Below, in pieces: positions 59,290-64,000 of a stretch of DNA of 64,000 nucleotides. The notes under the pieces were generated by a model, which saw only the letters and a list, made by a program, of their open reading frames with translations, was not told the origin of the DNA and did no database searches. Every line of letters starts with the position of its first letter. The stretch's first letter is position 1. The position numbers and the translations under genes are program-made. The stretch is from Candidatus Latescibacterota bacterium (GTDB lineage: Bacteria; Latescibacterota; UBA2968; UBA8231), in assembly GCA_965203355.1 (NCBI GenBank), contig OZ241889.1, positions 96,001 through 160,000 on the forward strand. The letters run 5' to 3'.

Positions 59290-60369
59290 TCACTCCTCTA
59301 GTTCCTCGGCTACTCGCAAACGCCGACTCGCGCGATCGGCGTCCATGATCACGTCGGCTGGCTCCACCCCCTCTAGTTCCTCGGCTCTCGCAAACGCCGA
59401 CTCGCTCTTCTCAATCAGTTCTTTATGGGCGTAAACCGTCCCCAAGTGCATCCATACCAACGCATTATCTGGCATTTGTTTGGAGAGCCGCTCCAAGATC
59501 GGCAACGCGCCATCCATGTCGTCTGTCGCCAAGTGGACCATGGCGAGGTTGTAGAGCGCGTCCCCATCGTCGGGTTCGAGTTGTAGCACCTGCTCATAGG
59601 CCCGCTTAGCCGCCGTGTATTTTTCCTGCTGCCAGTAGAGATTGCCCAAGTTGAAATGGGGCCTGAAGTCACCGGGGTTTAGCTCAATGACCTTGCGATA
59701 ATTGGCCTCGGCTCCCTCGTAGTCCCCAGCTTGGACTTGGGCCATGGCGAGGTGGGTCAGGCCGTTGAGGTGGGCGGGATCGATCTTGATCACCTGCGAC
59801 AAGGCTCGGATGGCTTCATCGAGTTGGTCGTTTTCCAAGTAGAGCGATCCTAGGCTGAAAAAGGTGCTCTCGTCTTGTGAATCCGCCGACGCGATCTTCT
59901 GGTAGGTGGCAATGGCTGCATCCGTGCTGTCGATCTGGTAATATACGTACGCGAGGTTGCGCCAAGCGTCGAGCGCACTTTCGTCGATGAGGGTAGCGTT
60001 GTGAAACGAGTGCCGCGCCATCGCGTAATTCGGGGCCTCGCCTTGAGCGTGAACGACGCCGGCATTGTACTCTCGCGCCCAAAAACGACGGCGCGTTTGT
60101 TCAACCTCGCTCTGAAGTCCGGGTGTGCGCTCGGCCTGCGCTAGATGATCGGCCATTTCGCCGTAGCGGCCCTCGTCCCCTAAGAGCTGGCCCATGAGCA
60201 AATGAGCCTCGCTGTTTTCTGGCTCACTCTGAAGAACTAGAGCGAGTTGCTCTTTCGCCTTTTGGGGCTGCCCCTGCTTGATGTAGAGCTTGGCCGCGGT
60301 CAGGGTCGAACTCTGGCATCCCAATCCAGCGACGGCGACGAACACCGCCAACAGGTACGCGGACTTCAT
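59290..60369 (-). CDS. TPR-repeat lipoprotein
   Basis: Lipobox GLGC; multiple 34-aa TPR units (e.g. HFNLGNLY...AKRAYEQVLQLEP). Confidence 0.88.
   Translation of the reverse strand: MKSAYLLAVFVAVAGLGCQSSTLTAAKLYIKQGQPQKAKEQLALVLQSEPENSEAHLLMGQLLGDEGRYGEMADHLAQAERTPGLQSEVEQTRRRFWAREYNAGVVHAQGEAPNYAMARHSFHNATLIDESALDAWRNLAYVYYQIDSTDAAIATYQKIASADSQDESTFFSLGSLYLENDQLDEAIRALSQVIKIDPAHLNGLTHLAMAQVQAGDYEGAEANYRKVIELNPGDFRPHFNLGNLYWQQEKYTAAKRAYEQVLQLEPDDGDALYNLAMVHLATDDMDGALPILERLSKQMPDNALVWMHLGTVYAHKELIEKSESAFARAEELEGVEPADVIMDADRASRRLRVAEELEE
59295..59405. repeat. 36/37-bp direct repeat flanking a 38-bp spacer at the 3' end of the TPR gene
   Basis: CCTCTAGTTCCTCGGCT(A)CTCGCAAACGCCGACTCGC at 59295-59331 and 59370-59405. 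Confidence 0.92.
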
Positions 60370-60428
60370 GGGCAATCTCCTATAAAAATGGCAAGGCACA
60401 CGTTCTATATGCTGCGCCGCGGTTGAAC

Positions 60429-61451
60429 TTAGAACCCGAACTGAAAGGTAAAGGTATTGAGCGCGTCGAAATACTCCACCGTAGTGTAGGCGTAATCAAC
60501 GCGCAAATCTTTGATCGTCCCGGCATCCAGATTCAGACCAAAGCCGAAGCTAGTGCCGTATAGGTAGTCGTCAGCCGAGTTGGGCGCGTAGTCGAAGCCT
60601 GCGCGCAGAGCGAAGAGTTTGCTCAACACATATTCAGCACCCAACCGGTACTGGTCGTAGGCGAAGTTGTTGTGCCGGAAGACCGAGGACAGATTGAGCG
60701 CATCCATATAGGAATAGCTCAGGCCGAGTTCAAACGTTGAAGGCAGGTCGGCAGAGCTAGCCTGCACATTGTAATCCGAGGGTCCGCGGCGCAACCCGTC
60801 AAGCTGGCCGCGGCGCAACAGACCAGAGCCGCCAAACTGCATCCGCGTGCCGATGTGCTTGAGTGCCACCCCCAAGTCCAAGCCGGCAATCCCGCCCAGA
60901 TTGGCGTATTGCAGACCGGCGCTAAACGAGACCGCGGTGGCCTCGACGCGCTGGACGCGGTTGGCGATGTAATGGCTGGTAAACCCGACCGAGATGCGAT
61001 CGGTCAGTTCCCTCGCAAAGGTCAGGCCCAGCGTGAAGAAGGTCGGCGAAAAGGTCGCGCCCGTGCCGTCTGGATTGGCCTCGGTCGTCACCGGGATTTG
61101 GCCGAAATCCAGCGCCTTGATGTTGAGAGCCAGCGCACCGAGACCCTCAAAGTTGGCACCAGTAGCCAGATAGTTGATGCGAGTATCCGCCAGATAGGAC
61201 ATCGTCGAGAACATGATGCCCGCGTTGGATTCGGACTTGGACAAACCTGCCGGGTTCCAGTGCAGCGCCTCCAAACCGGAACTGGTGGCGATCGAGGCAC
61301 CCCCCAAAGCCATGTCGCGCGCACCAACCGGAATCAGCAATTCCGGGGCCGCGGCCGTACCGGCGCGATCATAGCCATCGGCAAAGGCGTAAGCCGAGGC
61401 GAAAACTAGCCCCAGCAGGATCGTCGAGATGCGAAAGCTGTGTCTAAGCAT
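60429..61451 (-). CDS. PorV/PorQ-family outer membrane beta-barrel
   Basis: LLIPVGARDMALGG, WNPAGL, GAEY, RVDYAY, C-terminal F. Confidence 0.85.
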   Translation of the reverse strand: MLRHSFRISTILLGLVFASAYAFADGYDRAGTAAAPELLIPVGARDMALGGASIATSSGLEALHWNPAGLSKSESNAGIMFSTMSYLADTRINYLATGANFEGLGALALNIKALDFGQIPVTTEANPDGTGATFSPTFFTLGLTFARELTDRISVGFTSHYIANRVQRVEATAVSFSAGLQYANLGGIAGLDLGVALKHIGTRMQFGGSGLLRRGQLDGLRRGPSDYNVQASSADLPSTFELGLSYSYMDALNLSSVFRHNNFAYDQYRLGAEYVLSKLFALRAGFDYAPNSADDYLYGTSFGFGLNLDAGTIKDLRVDYAYTTVEYFDALNTFTFQFGF

Positions 61452-61490
61452 GGAATGGCCTCCTATTTCTCCCTTTGATATCCGGTGCAT

Positions 61491-64000
61491 CTAGAAGTTC
61501 TCTAGGAACTGCTGCTCTTGGATGATGGCCAGCTTGAGGACCCGACTCTTGCCGTGATCGGGCAGCTCAATATGGGCGATGTACATGCCGCTGGCCACCG
61601 GCAGTGCGTTGTGGTTTTGTAGGTCCCAGCGCGTGAACTGCGACGGGTCGTCCTTTTCAATCGTGCGCACCAGCGTACCGCTCATGTCGAAGATGCGGAT
61701 ATTCGCCTTGGGCGGCAGATGGCTGAAGGTCACAAAGTGGTTGTAACGGCTGGTCTCGGCCGTGTTGACGCCAAGATAGGGATTCGGAAAGACGTTGATT
61801 TTCTCAAGGTCCTCGGCTAGGTAGGCGTCGCTGCTTTCCGACCCGGAGACCGTAAATGAGAAGCGGTCGGCCGGGGTATTGACGTGATTGGCGACCAGCA
61901 AGAAGGAATCGCCATCCGACGGGAAGTCCTCCTCGTTGCGGCGCTCGGCAAAGATGATCCACATGAAGGGAAGGTGTTCCTCGCCTTCTGTTATCAGGCC
62001 GTTGTTCAGCAAGATGTCGCTGTTCTCGCCTTGATTGGGGTCGGTGTAATCCAAGTCGAAGATGAACAGCCACTCGCGCGGACCTGAGCCGGCGATATTG
62101 CTCGCCACAGTGTACCAAGGCGGACCATAGACGCCGTTGACCAAGCCGCCGGGCTGGTTGTTTTCGAGGAAGGCCACTTCCAAGCGGCGCGGCGGATCGC
62201 TTTCGATGTCCCAAGCCGAAAGCGCGATCGGATTGCGCTCCTGATAGACGTAAACACCTGGGCCTTCGGTGTTGATAATGTACTTACCGAAGTCCCAGGG
62301 ATTCTGCGTCGTCGTCAGGTCTCCGGGTGCTGGTGGTTCCCCTCCGGCACCGCGCAGATAGCGATAAGCCCACGACACGTTCTCGTTGTTGACGTCCACC
62401 GGCTTGTACTGGTCTTCGCCGTCCTCTTCAATGACGTCGGTGAAGCGCAGCTCCACCGTGCGCAGCCGGTCCGGCGTCACCGTCGACGGCGCGAACCACT
62501 GGTGGTTGGGATCGCCGGTCATCGCGCCTTCGAACCCTTCGGCACCCCAGTCGCCGGAGCCGCCAGCCCAAGTGAACCAGCGCGTATCGCTGGCGTGATC
62601 AACGGCTTGGGCGAAGTCGGCGGCGTTGATCTGGCCATCGCCCGTCAGGTCGGCCGCCTCGGACGACGCCTTCCAGGCCTCGAATGGCATGGCCGGACCG
62701 GCCCAACTCTTCATGCCAGCGGGCGGACCTGAGACCGAGACCTCAATGCCGGCCGAGCCGACGTAGAAGGCCGTGCCAGCTTGGTCCTTCTGGTCAGCCA
62801 ACAGAGTCTGGCCGCTAGTCTTGTCAACCAGATTCCAGACCGTGTTTCCGTCGGCGTCGGCCGCGTATTCGACCGCGTAGTCGTGGCCCGTGGTACTCGT
62901 CGGGTCAACTACCGAGACTGAGACCGTGCCATCGCTGGCCCCAGCGGTGTGCCGGGCACTAATCGCGTCCCCAGGCTCGCTCAGATAGCGAGTGCCCGGC
63001 GGCGGCTCCTGCGGTACGCAGATCAAGTTCTGCGGTGCGCTCTCCAGCGCCGTGGTAGCGGCCCCTTCGTCGGTGGCGCGGTTATAGGCCGTCACCGCAA
63101 AGTAGTACTGCTGGCCGTTGACCAGCGGACCGCTGCGGACGTGGTCTTGGGTAATCTTGATATTGCGCTTGATCCCGAAGTCGGTGCCAATCTGCAAGGG
63201 CACATCGAGCACCACGCCGGACGCTTCGTCGAGGTCAATGCCGAGGATGGTGGTAACGCCGTTTTCGATGTCGAAGGTCGCCACCTTGACGCCCTGAGCA
63301 AGCGTGGCCTCGGCCGAGGGCAACTGATAGAGGTTGTAGCCTTCAAAGTCGAAGCCGGGCGAACCCACTCCTTCGGTGGCCTGGACCGAAGCGTCGTCCC
63401 AACCCCAGTCCAAGATGATCGTCTGGTCGAGCTCGATTACGCGGACATTGGGCTGGGCTGGCGGCTTGGGCACCTCAAAGAAGCTGTTGTAAGCGTCCTG
63501 GACAAACTGGTCGTTGAATTTCAGCTTGGAGACGCTGCGCAGGCGGTCGGTAGAAATGCCGCCCAGCAGTGCGACCACCACTTCCTGGGTGTCGCCCAAG
63601 GCCATCTCAAACGGGCCCGTGTTGAGCACGATGCGCCGGTCGCCCGCTGGCAACGGGATGCCGTCGTTCCAGCCCTGAGCCGTAGTCGGATCGCCGTCGA
63701 GGGTGAAGAAGGTCTCGTCGCCGGTCAGGGGGTTGGTGTACGGAACGGGGTTGCCAATGTCGGGCTGGGGCTGAAAGCCGCGCAGCAGATTGTACCACTC
63801 CTCAGTGCCGATGTACTCGCCGAGTTCTGGATCGTCAATGGCCGAGCCAGCGGCAAAGTACACAAAGGATGTCATCGGCAAGTTGCGGTAGCCGGGTCGC
63901 CGACCAAAGTTGAAAATGGCTTCCGAACTCTCATCCAAGACTACGTTGCCCTCTTCGTCCAACAAAGGATCGCCATTTTCGTCTTTCTGGAATACCGGAA
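61491..64000 (-). CDS. Large secreted protein with T9SS type A-like C-terminal sorting domain (5' end outside window)
   Basis: INVFPNPY...IRIFDMSGTLVRTI...WDLQN...ASGMY; FN3-like DFEGYNLY/YYFAVTAY; Ca-binding-like ADLTGDGQINAADF. Confidence 0.85.
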   Translation of the reverse strand, partial: PVFQKDENGDPLLDEEGNVVLDESSEAIFNFGRRPGYRNLPMTSFVYFAAGSAIDDPELGEYIGTEEWYNLLRGFQPQPDIGNPVPYTNPLTGDETFFTLDGDPTTAQGWNDGIPLPAGDRRIVLNTGPFEMALGDTQEVVVALLGGISTDRLRSVSKLKFNDQFVQDAYNSFFEVPKPPAQPNVRVIELDQTIILDWGWDDASVQATEGVGSPGFDFEGYNLYQLPSAEATLAQGVKVATFDIENGVTTILGIDLDEASGVVLDVPLQIGTDFGIKRNIKITQDHVRSGPLVNGQQYYFAVTAYNRATDEGAATTALESAPQNLICVPQEPPPGTRYLSEPGDAISARHTAGASDGTVSVSVVDPTSTTGHDYAVEYAADADGNTVWNLVDKTSGQTLLADQKDQAGTAFYVGSAGIEVSVSGPPAGMKSWAGPAMPFEAWKASSEAADLTGDGQINAADFAQAVDHASDTRWFTWAGGSGDWGAEGFEGAMTGDPNHQWFAPSTVTPDRLRTVELRFTDVIEEDGEDQYKPVDVNNENVSWAYRYLRGAGGEPPAPGDLTTTQNPWDFGKYIINTEGPGVYVYQERNPIALSAWDIESDPPRRLEVAFLENNQPGGLVNGVYGPPWYTVASNIAGSGPREWLFIFDLDYTDPNQGENSDILLNNGLITEGEEHLPFMWIIFAERRNEEDFPSDGDSFLLVANHVNTPADRFSFTVSGSESSDAYLAEDLEKINVFPNPYLGVNTAETSRYNHFVTFSHLPPKANIRIFDMSGTLVRTIEKDDPSQFTRWDLQNHNALPVASGMYIAHIELPDHGKSRVLKLAIIQEQQFLENF

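Overview
GC-rich bacterial chromosomal segment. The gene content suggests an FCB-group organism such as Latescibacterota or a Gemmatimonadota relative (PorV-family gene plus a T9SS-type C-terminal-domain protein, group II GGGP synthase, ptsH-ptsI-metK order, Uma2/HsdR_N/AAA-type accessory genes); this is an inference. Left part (1-14 kb): MNT-HEPN toxin-antitoxin pair, type III restriction-type helicase-nuclease, metabolic genes, and an operon of two micro-ORFs plus an HTH protein and ssb behind an AT-rich promoter. 14-16.7 kb: a decayed island starting at a 28-bp dif-like site, containing an RHH gene broken by a 29-bp duplication around a 32-bp insert, a PRTase fragment, a captured 43-bp cusA fragment and an AAA-ATPase pseudogene. 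16.7-37.7 kb: Cus-type RND efflux operon, hemH, degP, clpB with sigma54-like sites, and outer-membrane genes with a structured leader. 37.8-40.6 kb: an AT-rich two-gene insert (HsdR_N nuclease-transmembrane-coiled-coil fusion plus vWA-like lipoprotein). 40.6-55.6 kb: a long minus-strand housekeeping run (metK, PTS, GGGPS, alaS, recX, recA, pgpA, pgsA, recR, dnaX, large SRP RNA, 3 tRNAs, tadA, carbamoyltransferase). Right end: lysA, peptide ABC permeases, TPR lipoprotein, PorV-like protein and a partial large secreted protein. The strongest leads are the nuclease-membrane/vWA pair, two repeat-spacer-repeat scars resembling off-target CRISPR spacer integration, a riboswitch-like leader and the micro-ORF/ssb operon. 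All calls come from reading the sequence; no database searches were run.
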